Shown here: one piece after another, positions 26,775 to 41,056 of the stretch
How the letters are laid out: each line of letters opens with the position of its first letter
Position numbering within the stretch: position 1 is the stretch's first letter
Source of the DNA: Somniosus microcephalus
Lineage: Eukaryota
DNA length: 64,000 bases
Assembly: GCA_052327205.1 (NCBI GenBank)
Contig: CM126225.1
Span: 6,696,001-6,760,000 of the forward strand
Direction of reading: 5' to 3'
The notes under the pieces: generated by a model
What the model was told of the DNA's origin: nothing
Databases searched by the model: none
What the model saw: the letters and a program-made list of their open reading frames with translations, nothing else
Translations under genes and position numbers: made by a program

Positions 26775-27080
26775 TACTAGGAACATAGGAACATTCAGCC
26801 CCTCGAGTCCGTTCCGCCATTTGATGAGATCATGGCTGATCTGTATCTTAACTCCATCCATCTGCTTTAGCGCCATATCCTTTTATACTCTTAGCTAGCA
26901 AAAATCTATCGATCTCAGATTTAAAATTATTAATTGAGCTGTGGGAGTTCCACACTTCTACCACCCTTCGCGTGAAGGATTATTTCCTAACTTCTCTCCT
27001 GAATAGCCTAGCTCTGATTTTAGGATTAAGTCCCCTTGCCCTAGACTGCCCCCCCCCCTCCCCCACCCCACCAGCGGAAA
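26775..27080 (-). mobile_element. CR1 3' fragment
   Basis: Similar to the CR1 3' UTR at 5240-5550. Confidence 0.7.
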
Positions 27081-27384
27081 AAGAAAAGGCATTGCAAGTC
27101 TTTTTTCGTTTTGAAGAAAGTTAGCAATATTTCTCTTCACTGTTATACTGTACCGTAACAATGCATACATTTCGAGTGGATGCTACAAATACTCAAGCAC
27201 TAATATTCCAGCAAATATATATTACAACTGGCGAAGGTATGGGCTGCTTCGTCCCATCAGCGGTTGGATGGGTAATTGTCCATGGTTAATCCAGCGTGCC
27301 CTAGACGCGAATCAAGCAGCTCTCGTTGAAATTGACTCTTCGAATTTGTTAACTTTTAAAAACAACTATTAACCAATTTGACAA

Positions 27385-28110
27385 ACTCCCCTGGCTGGAG
27401 AGCCTAGTACCAGGGGTTGCAGTCTCAGGATAAGGGGTCGGCCATTTAAGACTGAGATGAGGAGGAATTTCTTCACTCAGAGGGTTGTGAATCTTTGGAA
27501 TTCTCTGCCCCAGAGGGCCGTGGATGCTGAATCGTTGAGTATATTCAAGGCTGAGATCGATAGATTTTTGGATTCTACGGCCGTATGGCCTACTCAGGCT
27601 CCTATTTCTTACGTTATTATGTCCTCATATTGAAAAATGTACCCTCCAGTATTTGTATATCTTTAATCAGCAATGCTGGGAAAAGTTGATGTGTATTTTA
27701 TGTGATTTTTACAACTGTGAGATGATGTATTGAACATTCATCTCATAACATCTAATGCAGATATGTATCTAGTTGCTATTGCACATCGGGATCAATAACC
27801 ACTTTTTAGATATATATTTGATATGTACATTGTTAATCTATTCGCTATACCAGTAAGGCTATTTTTTCTTTTATATTTCTTGGGGTCCTAATTGTCAAAA
27901 AATTTTAAATCAACTTTTATGTGGATGCTCAGTCGTTGACTTTATTCAAGGCTGAGGTCGATAGATTTTTGGACTCTAGGGGAATCGGGATATGGGGATC
28001 GGGCGGGAACGTAGAGCTGAGGTCGAAGATCAGTCATGATCTCACTGAATGGCGGAGCAGGCTCGAGGGGGTATGGCCTACTTCTGCTCCTAATTCTTAT
28101 GTTCTTATTC
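27385..28110 (+). mobile_element. Two CR1 3' fragments (~27385-27620 and ~27920-28110)
   Basis: GAGATGAGGAGGAATTTCTTCACTCAGAGGGTTGTG and CR1 3' UTR/tail sequence. Confidence 0.8.
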
Positions 28111-28424
28111 TAAAATTCATGAGGGAGAGAAAAATTGCTCAAGTTGTTATGTGTGGCCTCATTGCAGATGCGTTCAATTCCTCTTCCCGTTAGTTCTGGT
28201 GAAATTGTGAACACGTACTTTTAGCTTCAGTTTACACACTGTCCACGATCAACTGGGAGCCAATTGGTCTTGGGTTTGCTGCAATGATGACAGCTCGGTT
28301 ACACTTCTCCAAGAGTTAGGCAATTCAGATTTAACCAGCCGCCCTTCACTTTGAAGCCACCGTGTCAATATGGAATCAGATCGCTGGCCTGGCTCCTTGT
28401 TCCTAAAATAACAATTTGCATTTA

Positions 28425-28870
28425 TAACAACAACAGCAACCTGCATTTATATAGCGCCTTTAATGTAGTAAAACGTCCCAAGGTGCTTCACAGGAGCGTT
28501 ATAAAACAAAGTTTGACACCGAGCCACATAAGGAGATATTAGGACAGGTGCTTGTTCAAAGATGTAGGTTTTAAGGAGCGTCTTAAAGGAGGAGAGAGAG
28601 GCGGAGAGGTTTAGGGAGGGAATTCCAGAGCTCGGGGCCCAGGCAGCTGAAGGCACGGCCGCCAATGGTTGAGCGATTGAAATTGGGGATGGGCAAGAGG
28701 ACCGAATTAGAGGAGCGCAGAGATCTGGGGGGATTGGGAGTTGTGAGGCTGGAGGTGATTACAGAGATAGGGAGGGGCGAGGCCATGGATTTGTAAACAA
28801 CGATGAAAATTTTAAAATCGAGGCGCTGCTTAATTAGTAGCCAAAGTAGGTCAGCGAGCACGGGGTGATA
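28425..28870 (-). mobile_element. L2-clade LINE 3' fragment
   Basis: LADLLWL..KQRLDFKI...IGGRAFSCLGPELWNSLP; (TTG)n tail. Confidence 0.88.
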
Positions 28871-30299
28871 TTGCTCCCTTGCCTAATAAATTAAAACGGA
28901 CGCAAAGCCAAAGAATGAGATAGCAGGGCTCCAATACTGCGGCAAAGTTGTAGAGTAAATCCAGAGTCAGAGTGTGACTGGCATCCAAGCAAGGCACTGT
29001 GTTCGCATACATTTACACAACTGTAGCGCTGGGACTAAGCGGGTCCCCTTCACACTCAGGCTGCAGCTATTGCCATAATGAAGCTTGAACTGGGAGTCAG
29101 GGCCCAACCTGACACTGGAGCACATTGGAGTGGGGCTCCCTTGAGAAAGGAAATTCACTCTGCTTTCCTTGGGAGTCAGTTCCGGCCTTAACACTCTACT
29201 GAACCCAAGTTCAAAATCGCTGCGTAGCCCTGCACCCTCCACTAAACTTCAGGGTATTCCAGCTATGGGCCCCACACCCCATCCCCCTCCACACCCCCTC
29301 CCCCCCCCCCCCCCCGCTCCGCCATAATGGGCAGAAAAGTGCCAAGTTGACTACTCTACATGCAAACCTGATTTAAACCTGCTTCACTCACGAATCATGT
29401 TGCTAACTGACTCCGGGTTTCCGCTACAACCTTAGGATGAGTGCAAAGTGAAATCCCACAGCCGTCAACGCGGTTTCTCTATATTTTTCATAAGTTGCCT
29501 CTACTAGGCATTTACGGTATTTTCTCAGTTCTATCCAGCTCCCACCTGTCCTTTAACCGGACAAGGTCCATCTTATGCGTCGCACTTTATTAATCATTGT
29601 TATTCTGTTGCTCCTTATTATAGCACTACCCGTAAAATCTAAATGTTGCGGAGAATCTAGCCAGGTATTTCTGCACAGTTTGTCACGTCCCATAAACAAA
29701 TTCCTTTCTCGGGTACATGCGGTTTGCATTAACCCCTTTCAAAAGACAGATAAACTGTAGTAAAGGGATCACATTCGCGTCCAGTTATATTTGAGCTGAA
29801 CGCGGCATAAATCCTTAAATTTTTACACTGCACTGCGGGGTACTCTAGAACCGTTAAAAAGAAGTCTGCATCTCCCAGCTCAACACAAAGCGGGCCATGG
29901 GCGAGGCCAAACACAAGGTCCCCATGCCTATCTCCGCCTGTTAATTCTTTAATTAAACGGCTCGGGCCAACTGGGTTATTTTCATTTCTGCTTTGCACAC
30001 TATTTCCTTTGGTTGGTCTCTCTAGCGAATTATAAAGGGGAAATCTGTGAGAAATACCAACCAGAGGAAGGTTTCGCGGCTCTATTACCCAAATCGCACA
30101 GAGACCGTCGCAATTCAGGCCTCGCTCCGCCCCCGCTCTTCCTTCAGTTTAGTTATTTTTGGGGGCTATTGATAGTTCTTACTTCACCCGCTGGGAATGG
30201 GTTTGCATCTATCACGCTGTCTATCAGATAACTGCATTACACACAGACACATCACACAAAGCACCAGCCTCCTCCCCCTAGCAACTCCTAAATTTAAAC

Positions 30300-31130
30300 A
30301 TAAGATTCTGAGGGGGATTGACAGGGTAGATGCTGAGAGGTTGTTTCCCCTGGCTGGAGAGTCTGGAACTCGGGGGCATAGTCTCAGGATAAGGGGTTGG
30401 CCATTGAGGGCTGAGATGAGGAGGAATTTCTTCACTCAGAGGGTTGTGAATCTTTGGAATTCTCTGCCCCAGAGGGCTGTGGAGGCTCAGTCGTTGAGTA
30501 TATTCAAGGCTGAGATCGAGAGATTTTTGGGCACTACGGGAATCGAGGGATATGGGGATCGGGCAGGAAAGTGGAGTTGATGTAGAAAGAAAGAATTGCA
30601 TTTCTATAGCGCCTTTCACGACCACCGGACGCCCCAAAGCGCTTTACAGCCAATTAAGTACTTCTTTTAAGTGTAGTCACTGTTGTAATGTAGGAAACGC
30701 AGCAGCCAATTCACACACAGCAAGCTCCCACAAATAGCAATGTGATAATGACCAGGTAATCTGTTTTTTTTAGTGATGTTGATTGAGGAATAAATATTGG
30801 TCAGGACACGAAGAGAACTCCCCTGCTCTTCTTCGAAATAGTGCCCTGGGATCTTTTACGTCCACCTGAGAGAATGGATGGGGCCTCAGTTTAACGTCTC
30901 ATCCAAATGATGGCACCTCTGGTAGTGCAGCGCTCTCTCAGTACTGCACTGGAGTGTCAACCTAGATTTTTGTGCTCAAGTCTCTGGAGGGGAACTTGAA
31001 AACCACAACCTTCTGACTCAAGAGCAAGAGTGCTACCCACTGAGCCACAGCAGTTCTGAAGTTCAGCCATGATTTTATTAAATGGAGGAGTCGGATGGTC
31101 TACTCCTGCTCTTAGTTTTTATGTTCTTAA
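30300..31130 (+). mobile_element. CR1 3' fragment hosting the DeuSINE
   Basis: KILRGIDRVDAERLFPLAGESGTRGHSLRIRG...RRNFFTQRVVNLWNSLP. Confidence 0.88.
30585..31052 (-). mobile_element. Full-length DeuSINE inserted into a CR1 3' end
   Basis: Closely similar to 4437-4900; CR1 sequence stops at ~30580 and resumes at ~31060. Confidence 0.85.
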
Positions 31131-31424
31131 ATTACTCTTTAAAGGTTGCAGGACAATTAGGAGAAAACATCGAAGTTAAAAAGCTCTGACGTTTTCTATT
31201 CATTTTTAAATTGGATGGGAGAGGGGAGGGGATTCTGCTACAGAATTATATCTGCCAGAGCCGCACTGAATAGGCACAACATATAAATCATTTAAATCTG
31301 GGAGCCCATGGGTGAAACAGAAACAGACTGGAGAGTCACCTCTAGGTTGCAGTTCAAGCCTTTCTATCATCCCGTGCTCGTTGTTCCACACTGTACCGCA
31401 TTTTCGCCGTGCATCGGTTACAGA

Positions 31425-31960
31425 ATACCCACGTAAACTTGAGGTCATCCAAAACTCGGCTGCCCGTGTCCTAACATGCACAAAGTCCCATTCACCCATT
31501 TCCCCTCTGCTCACTGACCTACATTGGCTCCCGGTTAAGCAGTGCCTCAATTTCAAAATTCTCATACTTGTTTTCAAATCCCTCCATGGCCTCGCCCATC
31601 CCTTCCTCAGTAATCGCCTCCATCTCCCATCACCCCCTGAGATATCTGCGTTCCTCTAATTCTGCCCTCTTGAGCATCCCTGATTATAATCGCTCAACCA
31701 TTGGTGGCCCTGCCTTCAGCTGCCTGGGCCCTAAGCTCTGGAATTCCCTCCCATAACCTCTGCACCTCTCTACCTCTGTTTCCTCTTTTAAGACGCTCCT
31801 TAAAACCTACCTCTTTGACCAAGCTTTTGGTCACCTGCCCTCATTTTTCCTTATGTGGCTCGGTGTCAATTTTTTTGTCTTATAATACGCCTGTGAAGCA
31901 CCTTGGGATGTTTTACAACGTTAAAGGCGCTATATAAATAAAGGTTGTTGTTGTTGTTGG
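31425..31960 (+). mobile_element. L2-clade LINE 3' fragment
   Basis: IQNSAARVLT...DLHWLPVKQCLNFKILILVFKSLHGLA; tail present. Confidence 0.9.
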
Positions 31961-32184
31961 CGTTCCTCCTTTACATTTGCTCCATAATCTCCCCCTCTGT
32001 AACCTCCAGCCCTACCTCCCTGCTGGAACCTTCCCTCTTCCCACACAGACCTACTGTAAGTGGCTCTCCTACTCGCTGCGCCATCAATGGCAGAACCTTG
32101 GGTCATTGTGACTCTGCACATCTTGTTCACCATCGAACTCCTCCTTACAACCTAACCTTAGAAGCGGGTGTTTTGCGAAGAAAG

Positions 32185-32400
32185 CAGGAGAGTTCTCCCG
32201 GTGTCCTAACCAATATTTATCCCTCAACCAACATCACTAAGACAGATTATCTGGTCATTTATCACATTGCTGTTTCTGGGAGCTTGCTGTGTGCAAATTG
32301 GCTGTCGCCGTTCCTACATTACAGCAGTGACTACACTTCAAAAAGCACTTAATTGGCTGTAAAGCGCTTTGGGATGTCCGGTGGTCGTGAAAGGCGTTGC
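32185..32400 (+). mobile_element. DeuSINE 3' part
   Basis: Deu core and tail match. Confidence 0.8.
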
Positions 32401-34699
32401 ATTCTTTCTATATTGTTGCTGTTACGTGGGTCTCCTTATAGGTCCATTTGCCAGTGACTAGGAATGACGGAGTGCGTGATAACCTGGGTAGGTAAAGGTT
32501 AAAATACAGGGTAATCGGAACGCGTGTCACAGTCTAAGCAAAATGACCCGTTACATTTAACACGATTCTTGTGACAAAACTGACTCGAACTCATAAGAGC
32601 ACGATCATGATTTTTTCCGAGTCAGATATAAATATAGAATCGCTTATTCTAAACAGTTGGGCTTTGCAAAGAACACGCATATTGTCTATGCAGAAATCCT
32701 TTACATTTGACACTCTGATTTCCACTTTTTAAAACTGTTCGTCTTTCTAATAATTAGGTTCATTTATTAGAAAATCGAAGTCATGCTTTTTTCCAGGAGT
32801 AAATGTCATTTTGATATGTCCTTATTTTCATTCTTACTCACAGTGACTATCCCCTTACCCTCCCTTATACCACTGTCCAACACAACCTTCTGATCTGATA
32901 ATGTAGTCATTAGTTCGTTAGCACAGAGATGCTGGAACATAACAGGAAGAGTTTTTTTGGTCTCCAACCTATATTAATTTCACTCGATTCATTTAAAAAA
33001 TCGAGTTTACGCGCGCCCTGGGAAATACAGAATCGTTATACGAGATTTCTACCAGAAGAAAATATAAAGTTTAAACTTGTGCAAGAAAGAAAACTTGTGA
33101 ACTCCGTAATCCGTGCAGATAACAGAAAATTATTACTTAAAAACTGCAATTAAATGTTTACAGCGCAAAGAAATATTGCGGCGCCTGTAATTTTGGATTT
33201 AATACGAGTTTGTCAAAATTAGAGAATACGGTTGTTGATGTAGAAACAGGGATGGGCACGAGGTTAACGTGCAATAACTTGCTGAGTCATTTCAAAGATT
33301 ACCAGAAGAAAAATTGCATATTTGGTCCACACTACAGATGGATGCTTAGAAAATAAGGTCTATCCGCAAATTGGTTCTGCTCAGGGTGCGGTCTGAAGTT
33401 TAAAGCCGTGCTGTCAATTTTTCCGGCCTACTTGTTTGGATCGTAAAAGTAAAATCTTCAAAATAAAATAGCCCATCATCTGCTTCCGCTGCATTTATGC
33501 CTGTGTGTAAATGGCTTGTACACTGGGCGAAATATTTCCTCGACATAAACATGTTGTTATTTCGAAAATAAAAGCAAATTCGCACTTTTCAACTGACAGC
33601 ATAAAGATTACTGGTGTGTCTGCAGTCAGTTTTCAGAAATAAGCTGCTTGTCACGATATTTTATTAAACCGTAAGAATTCAGAGTAATATAATGCCTGCT
33701 GTAATTGCGGCAAAGCTTCTAAAGTGGGTAAAATATATTAATGAATCGCTTAACAGCTTCAAGCGTGCACTTAACTGGAAATAGTACAGAGATTGTCAGT
33801 TTCTATCAGTTTAAATGAACGATTCGCTTATCCGGGATCACCTCCCATCTATACAAGGGAAACCGGATCCGAATTAATTCATTTCCAGTGACATAACAGA
33901 GCAAACTCGCAGTTCGTGCAAAATAATTAGAGCACAATTATTGCTCCATTTATTTAGAGCAATCATTGTGGGTAGTGGGTTTATCACTGGATAATACCGC
34001 TCCCACCTCTCACCACGACTGCTTAATGCTAAACGGATATTCCAGCGTTCCAAGGTCTTTGCCAGAGTGCTGTTTACTCTCGTTCTCCTCCCCAGTTTCC
34101 CCATCCTTATAGCAGACGCTTCAAAATTCAAACTCTGCGTCGTCTAAGCGCAACTTCTTAATTGATCTCGTCTTAGAATCAAATGTGTTTTTCGGCTGCT
34201 CCGCCGTTACTTTGGCGGAAAAAACTTTTCCGCGGCTGTTCTAGCGAAATTAGAACGTACCGGCGGGAGATTCCCCCGCGGAAATTCACCCCCGCACAAT
34301 TTTACAGCACGGAGGGAGGTGATTCGGTTTCCAGCCTGTGGGGACGCTCTGAAAGGGGGTTTCCACTTAATCCCATTCCCTCGCTCACTTACTCTTGCCA
34401 AACTACGGGTTATCGCGCACATGGGATTTTGGACATACGCCTAGGTTTTCTCATACAAAAGCGCAGTTGGTACAACATTTTATAATAATTTATACACAAT
34501 TTCTGAAGAAAAATTACATCACAGTAATATACAATAAAATTATGTGCAATTGTCATAACAAAGGCTATAAACAATGAACACAACAGTTTAGATAAATAGG
34601 TGGAGCTCATTCGATGCACAATTAGACAACAGTTTGTACTCAGTAACTCATTTTATGCACCCTGATCGCAGCACAATCGCAGTTTATGCAAAATGCTCA

Positions 34700-35312
34700 T
34701 GGTACAATATGGTGCCAGGCCCTACACGACATTGGTGTTCTGTTCAACCCTGAGCTTAGTTTCAGACTTCATATATACTTCATCACCAAGACTGCTTACT
34801 CCCCTCTCTGCAATATTGTCCACCTATGCCTCTACCTCGGCGTCTTTACCACTGAAACCCTCACACATGCCTTTGTCATCTCCGGACTTAACTACTCCAA
34901 TGCTCTACTAGCAGTCACATTTCCTGCAGACTTGTGCAAAGCTCTGCCGCACCCATTTTGTCCCACACTAATTGCCATTTGCCCATCAGCCCTGTCCTCA
35001 CTGACCTACACGGGGCTTCCCTTCCCCTAATGCATTGAATTCAAAAGTCTCGTCATCTTTAAATCACATTATGGCCTCACCCCCACCCTATCTCTATATC
35101 CTCCGGAACAACTCCGTTCCTCTGAGTCTTCCTTTCATCTGTTCCCTCCGCCTCCTCCTTTAAAACCTCAAAATCCATTTCTTAAATCAAGTCTTTGGTC
35201 ACCCCTCCTAATCAGTCCCTCTGGGCTTGGCATCCACTTTCATTACACTATGGAGCACGTTGGGGATTTTTTTGATGTTAAAGGCGCTATATAAATGCAA
35301 GTTGTTGTTGTG
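34700..35312 (+). mobile_element. Diverged L2-clade LINE 3' fragment
   Basis: DIGVLFNPELSF...ITKTAY...HAFVISGLNYSNALL; tail present. Confidence 0.8.
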
Positions 35313-35536
35313 TCTATCTATAGCACTGTTTATGCACAACACTCATAACACAGGTTTAGATACCAACAATACAAATAGAAATGTGATATAAGACCATTAG
35401 ACCCATCGAGTTCACCCCATCCAGGCATGGTGTAACTCGCACAGCATTTACCCAGAAAAACTCTAGCATTCCCCTCTGACTCCCTGAGACAATCAAGAAA
35501 AGCCCCGAGAGACTGTGGTTACCTGTAACTCCTCAG

Positions 35537-37278
35537 AAAAAGAAAAAAGATTGGTAAAGTCAAGCGTAGGTCCCTTGCAGTCAGAATCAGGGGAATTTAT
35601 AATGGGGAACAAAGACACGGCTGATCAATTAAATACATACTTTGGTTCTGTCTTCACAAAGGAGGACACAAATAAACTCCCAGAGATGTCGGGGAACATA
35701 GGGTCTGATGAAAGGGAGGAACTGAATGAAATCAGTATTTGTAGGGAAATGGTATTAGGGAAATTGACGGGATTGAAGGCCGATAAATCCCCAGGGCCTG
35801 ATAATCTACATCCTAGGGTACTTAAGGACGTGGCTCTAGAAATAGTAGATGCATTGCTGGTCATCTTCCAAATTTCTATAGACGCTGGAACAGGTCCCAT
35901 GGATTGGAGGGTGGCTAATGTAACCCCACTATTTAAAAAAGGTGGTAGAGAAAAAACAGGGAATTATAGAACGGTAAGCCTGACATCGGTAGTGGGGAAA
36001 ATGCTAGAGTCCATTATAAAAGATGTAATAGCAGAGCAGTTGGAAAACAGTGACAGGATCGGACAAAGTCAACATGGATTTACAAAAGGTAAATCATGCT
36101 TGACTAATCTACTGGAATTTTTTAAGGATGTAACTGGTAGAATAGATAAGGGAGAACCAGTGGATGTGGTGTATTTGGACTTTCAGAAGGCTTTCGATAA
36201 GGTCCCGCATAAGAGACTAGCGTGCAAAGTTAAAGCACATGGGATTTGGGTTAAGGTACTGACTTGGATAGAAAACTGGTTGGCAGACAGGAAGCAAAGA
36301 GTTGGAATATACAAGTCTTTTTCTGAGTGGCAGGCAGTGACTACTGGGGTACCGCAGGGATCAGTGCTAGGACCCCAGTTATTCACAATATATATTAATG
36401 ATCTAGACAAGGGAACTAGATGTAATATCTCCAAGTTTGCAGATGACACAAAGCTGGGTGGGCGTGTGTGCTGTGAGGAGGATGCCGAGAAATTCCAGTA
36501 TGATTTGGACAGGTTGGGCGATTGGGCAGATGTATGGCAGATGCAGTATATCTGAATGGCAATAGATTGGGAAAAGGGGAAGTGCAACGAGACCTGGGTG
36601 TCCTTGTGCACCAATCGCTGAAGGTAAGCATGCAGGTGCAGCAGATGGTTAAGAAGGCAAATGGTATGCTGGCCTTCATAGCGAGAGGATTCGAGTACAG
36701 GAGCAAGGATGTCTTGCTGCAGTTGTACAGGGCCTTGGTGAGACCACACCTTGAGTATTGTGTGCAGTTTTGGTCGCCTTATCTGAGGAAGGATGTTTGC
36801 CATGGAGGGAGTGCAGTGAAGATTCACCAAGCTGATACCTGGGATGGCAGGAATGACGTATGAGGAGAGATTGGGTCGATTAGGCTTATATTCACTAGAG
36901 TTTAGAAGAATGAGAGGGGATCGCATTGAAACTTATAAAATTCTAACAGGACTAGACAGACTAGATGCAGGAAGGCTGCTCCCGATGGCGGGGAAGTCAC
37001 GGTCTAAGGATAAGGGGTAAGCCATTTAGGACTGAGATGAGGAGGAATTTCTTCACCCAGAGAGTGGTGAACTTGAGGAATTCTCTACCACAGAAGACAG
37101 TTGAGGCCAATTCATTAAATATATTCAAGAAGGAGTTAGATATATTTCTTAAGGCTAAGGGGATCAAGGGATATGCGGAGAAAGCAGGGCCAGGGTATTG
37201 AATTTGGATGATCAGCCATGATCGCATTGAATGGCGGAGCAGGCTCGAGGGGCCGAATGACCTACTCCTGCTCCTATC
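35537..37278 (+). mobile_element. 5'-truncated CR1 LINE (RT domain plus 3' UTR)
   Basis: KSPGPD, VTPLFKKG, VYLDFQKAFDKVPH, GVPQGSVLGP and FADD motifs. Internal deletion near 36550. Ends in (CTATGTTT)n. Confidence 0.95.
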
Positions 37279-37279
37279 T

Positions 37280-37850
37280 TCTATGTTTCTATGTTTCTCA
37301 TAACCCCGGCTAATCAGCGACTTGTCTTCTTTAACTGAAAATGACCTCTTTATTCAGGAACCTGTCAAGTTCCCTGTTTAAAGCAAAACTGTGGCGAATC
37401 TATACCCACCATATGTCCAGGTAGTCTGTTCCAGAGAGCGATAACTCTCTGCCAAAATAATTACTTCTTGGTATCTAACTTGAGCCTCTGTCTATGTATT
37501 TTGTACATATGCTACCTCCTCCTGACATTCCGACCGATCATAATCAAACCTGCCTGAGTCCACTCCCATCATCGTATTAAAATCCCCAACCATATGCCCT
37601 CTATGCTACTTGCTCTCTAAAGTGGGCAGCTCTAACACTTGGAGCCTATTCTTTTAACCCATTGCCCTTCCCCTGGGCATCATTCTGGTCACCCATGACT
37701 GCGCCTACTCCAGAGCCTCAGTATCCTTCAACATGTGTCCGGACCATTACTGGACACACCACATGTGCGGACATACCGACACCTTACACTCAATGGTCCT
37801 AGCTTTAGAACCTAAAATCTTATTTGCTTTCCTTATAGTCACCTCACATC
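37280..37850 (-). mobile_element. Older, degenerate CR1 fragment; its 3' end is at ~35370-35530, so it is split by the younger CR1
   Basis: Diverged CR1 ORF2 C-terminal-like sequence continuing across the younger insertion. Confidence 0.5.
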
Positions 37851-40504
37851 AGCCTGTACCTTTAATGGGTGATTAATAGGGTACTCAGGTGTCCTTATTG
37901 ATCCCTTACAGTTAACATAATTTTTATAATGTCCAAATACAATTTATACACAACTAGGTGAACACATTTGGCGCCCAGCACACACTTGCATACAACGAGC
38001 ACAAAGTAATTTGTATAAAATGGGCTTGGCACTGACTGTTCATAGTACTGTACATAACACACGATAGCCTTGATACAGATGCGCCAATGTTTCCTTCAGT
38101 GCATTTATTTTAAGCAGTCGGTAAACCCATTTACAAACACCGCCTTCCCTGGTTGTTTGAAACTAAGACATCAGCAATCTGCAAACAATGAACACAATAG
38201 CTTGGTGCCACCATAGCATATAAAAGTACATTTTCGGACAAATATTTTTAAATGTAATAAGGTAACAAATTCAAACATACATCTAGTGGAAAACGGCATG
38301 AGATATCGCTTTCTAAAATGTTTTTGTTGCATAATGCTATCGACTTATGTTCAATTATTATCAGTACTCTCCGAATGAAGAGTATTCACATCCCCAGCAT
38401 TTTTCTTTGTCGCACATATATTTAATTAGATTTATACTGCATTTCTTTATGCTGAAATAAACATGTAAACTACCAACTTAAGTACCGAGTTCGCCAGGAT
38501 AGATGAGCTCACACAGTGCGTGTTCCTCTCGCACTCTGAGTTTAAAACGGAAGAAATTAAGGAGCGAATCGCTGATATTTTGGGGGTGATTAAGCCCCGT
38601 AATCGGTACCGCCAGATAATTGAACGCTGCTAATTGTGCAAAGTTTCAGGGCAGGGAAATGGTTTATTAGAATAGGTTAACAATAACCGCACCTTTTTTC
38701 CCCATTATTGAACATTTTGGCATTACTGGCTGCACTACAATACCATAAAATTAGCAGGTTACTTCTGTAATAAAGCAATTGAATAATTAACATTCATTAA
38801 ATGAATATTCCCAGATCTCAATAGGTCGGTCTACTCTCTAGCTGTCATCATAAGTGCGCCTTTAACTTGAATCAATAACCCTCCTCTTTCAATATGTTGG
38901 ACAAAAGTAATGATTCATCTTAGAAAAACTTAAAGCGTCTATGCACATACAAAAAAGACTTGAATGAAACAGGAGATGCACGGGATTAATTGTAGAAACC
39001 TTACATCGACCAGGCGAGACGTTAAAGGACGATACCGAAAATGAGCAGCATCGAATGTGCCGCTCTATTTTTTATTTCATTTTAATTGTTGAAAGTGAAT
39101 GCAGGTAGTTTTAATTTTGAAAGGATTTCTAACCATTGCATTCAAGTACAGATGTAGGTCAACAACAAAAAATCAGTGATTAATATGAAAGAAATTTGGC
39201 AGACTGTATATCGAACTGTATTTGAGTTTTAACTATTAATGGAAAAGGAACGCAAGTTACAGACATTACGGCACTTTGCTATGAGGGGCGTAATATCTCT
39301 TGCGTTTTAAAATTTCTTTAACAAATAGATTTTTCCCAGGAAGGAAATATACTGTAAAGACAGGCCTGTTAATATGCACATTTCAGAATGAGTCACTGTG
39401 GTCAGCGATATCTTGATGGCATCCTATTGAGGGCTTGGTGACTTGTGCACGATGTTTCGTCCCTGAGACATGGGTTAAATTCGGTCCGATCTGATGGAAT
39501 GGAACGGTGAAATTACTTTGATAAGTCTCAATCCACTTCCTGGTGGGCTGGAGGAGACTTCTCAAAATGCCCACAATTATGCCCCCAATGAGGCCATAAG
39601 GGTGGCAGGTGCAGTAGGGGTGCTTTCTGAGAGTGGGAGTTTGATGGGCTTGTTGAGGTAGTTTGTAAGGAGCTTTATTTTACACCTCTACGCTCAGTTA
39701 TGCTTCATCGAGGAGGGAGGGGGCATCTCAAAGTGCAACGTTGACATTGTCTACGTTGCCTACACGTTCACAACCCTGCTTTTCCTTTTCAAAATCCCCT
39801 TGCATTCTAAAGAGATGTTGATATTGAACACTTGTAAATAGCCAGACCTTTACCATTCACTTTATTTTTGTGTTAATGGCATACTTGCCCAAGTCAGTGT
39901 CACTGTGAGATTCACCAGCCTTTTTATTTAATGAGACAATTTCGAATAAATCATCTGAGTTCAAGTGGGAATTTATTAAGCAGCTTATTAACATAAATAA
40001 ATAACGGGTACATAAATGATCATATAAATTCAAATGGATGATCTTTAATTATGTCTCCTGCAAAAGACGTCGCGATAACTGGACCATAGTTTGAAAATGA
40101 CATTTCTCTTTATTGCCATGTTAGATTGCCAGGGCACTCTCTCTCTTTCAGTAAGCTGCTAATTGTTATATCTTGGTAGGAAAGCATTCATTCTCAGTCC
40201 TCCCTGGTTTTATTATTACTCCTTCCACTCAGATATATTTCCTCCTTACTTCCATAACACCTCAGTTATCTTAAGCGGAACATTCCCCACAATCCTGTTT
40301 TCCGAAGACCAGAACATACGATTTTTTAGAAACTCCATTAGGTCTCAATAAACCCGTTTCCTTCTAGTAATTAAATCCACCTACCCATCTTCTTACCATG
40401 TCCTTCCAACTCAATCCACTAATACATCTAATTCTACTTTAATCCCAATTTTGCTTTCTGCTTCAATGCCTCTCCTGTTAATTTATTCCACAAATCGATT
40501 TCTC

Positions 40505-41056
40505 TTTAGATTTTAAAACTCTCATCCTTGTGTTCAAATCCCTCCATGGCCTTGCCCCTTCCCAATCTTTGTAATCTCTTACACCCCCTCCACCACCACC
40601 ACCCAGATATCTGCGCTCCCCCAATTCTGGTCTCTTGCGCATCCCCGATTTTAATCGTCTCAGTATTGGCGGCCGTGCCTTCAGCTGCCGGGGCCCTAAG
40701 CACTGGACTTTATTCCCTAAACCTCTCCCCTCTCTACCTCTCTCCTCCTTTAATATTCTGCTTAAAACCGACCTCTTTTACCAAGTTCTTGGTCACCTGT
40801 CCTAATATCTCAGCAAGCCAGGCAACATCCGTGGAGAGAGAAATAGAGTCTATTTCTCTCTCCACGGATGTTGCCTGGCCTGCTGAGTTTTTCCAGCATT
40901 TTCTGTTGTTATTTCGGATTTCCAGCATCCGCAGTATTTTGCTATTGTCCTAATATCTCCTTATGTGGCTTGGTGTCAAATTGTTTGATAATTGCTCCTG
41001 GAAAGCTCCTTGGGACGGTTTACTATGTTAAAGGCGCTATATAAATACAAGTTGTT
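40505..41056 (+). mobile_element. L2-clade LINE 3' fragment with a nested palindromic insertion
   Basis: Same 3' region as 31550-31960, interrupted at 40812-40945. Confidence 0.85.
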
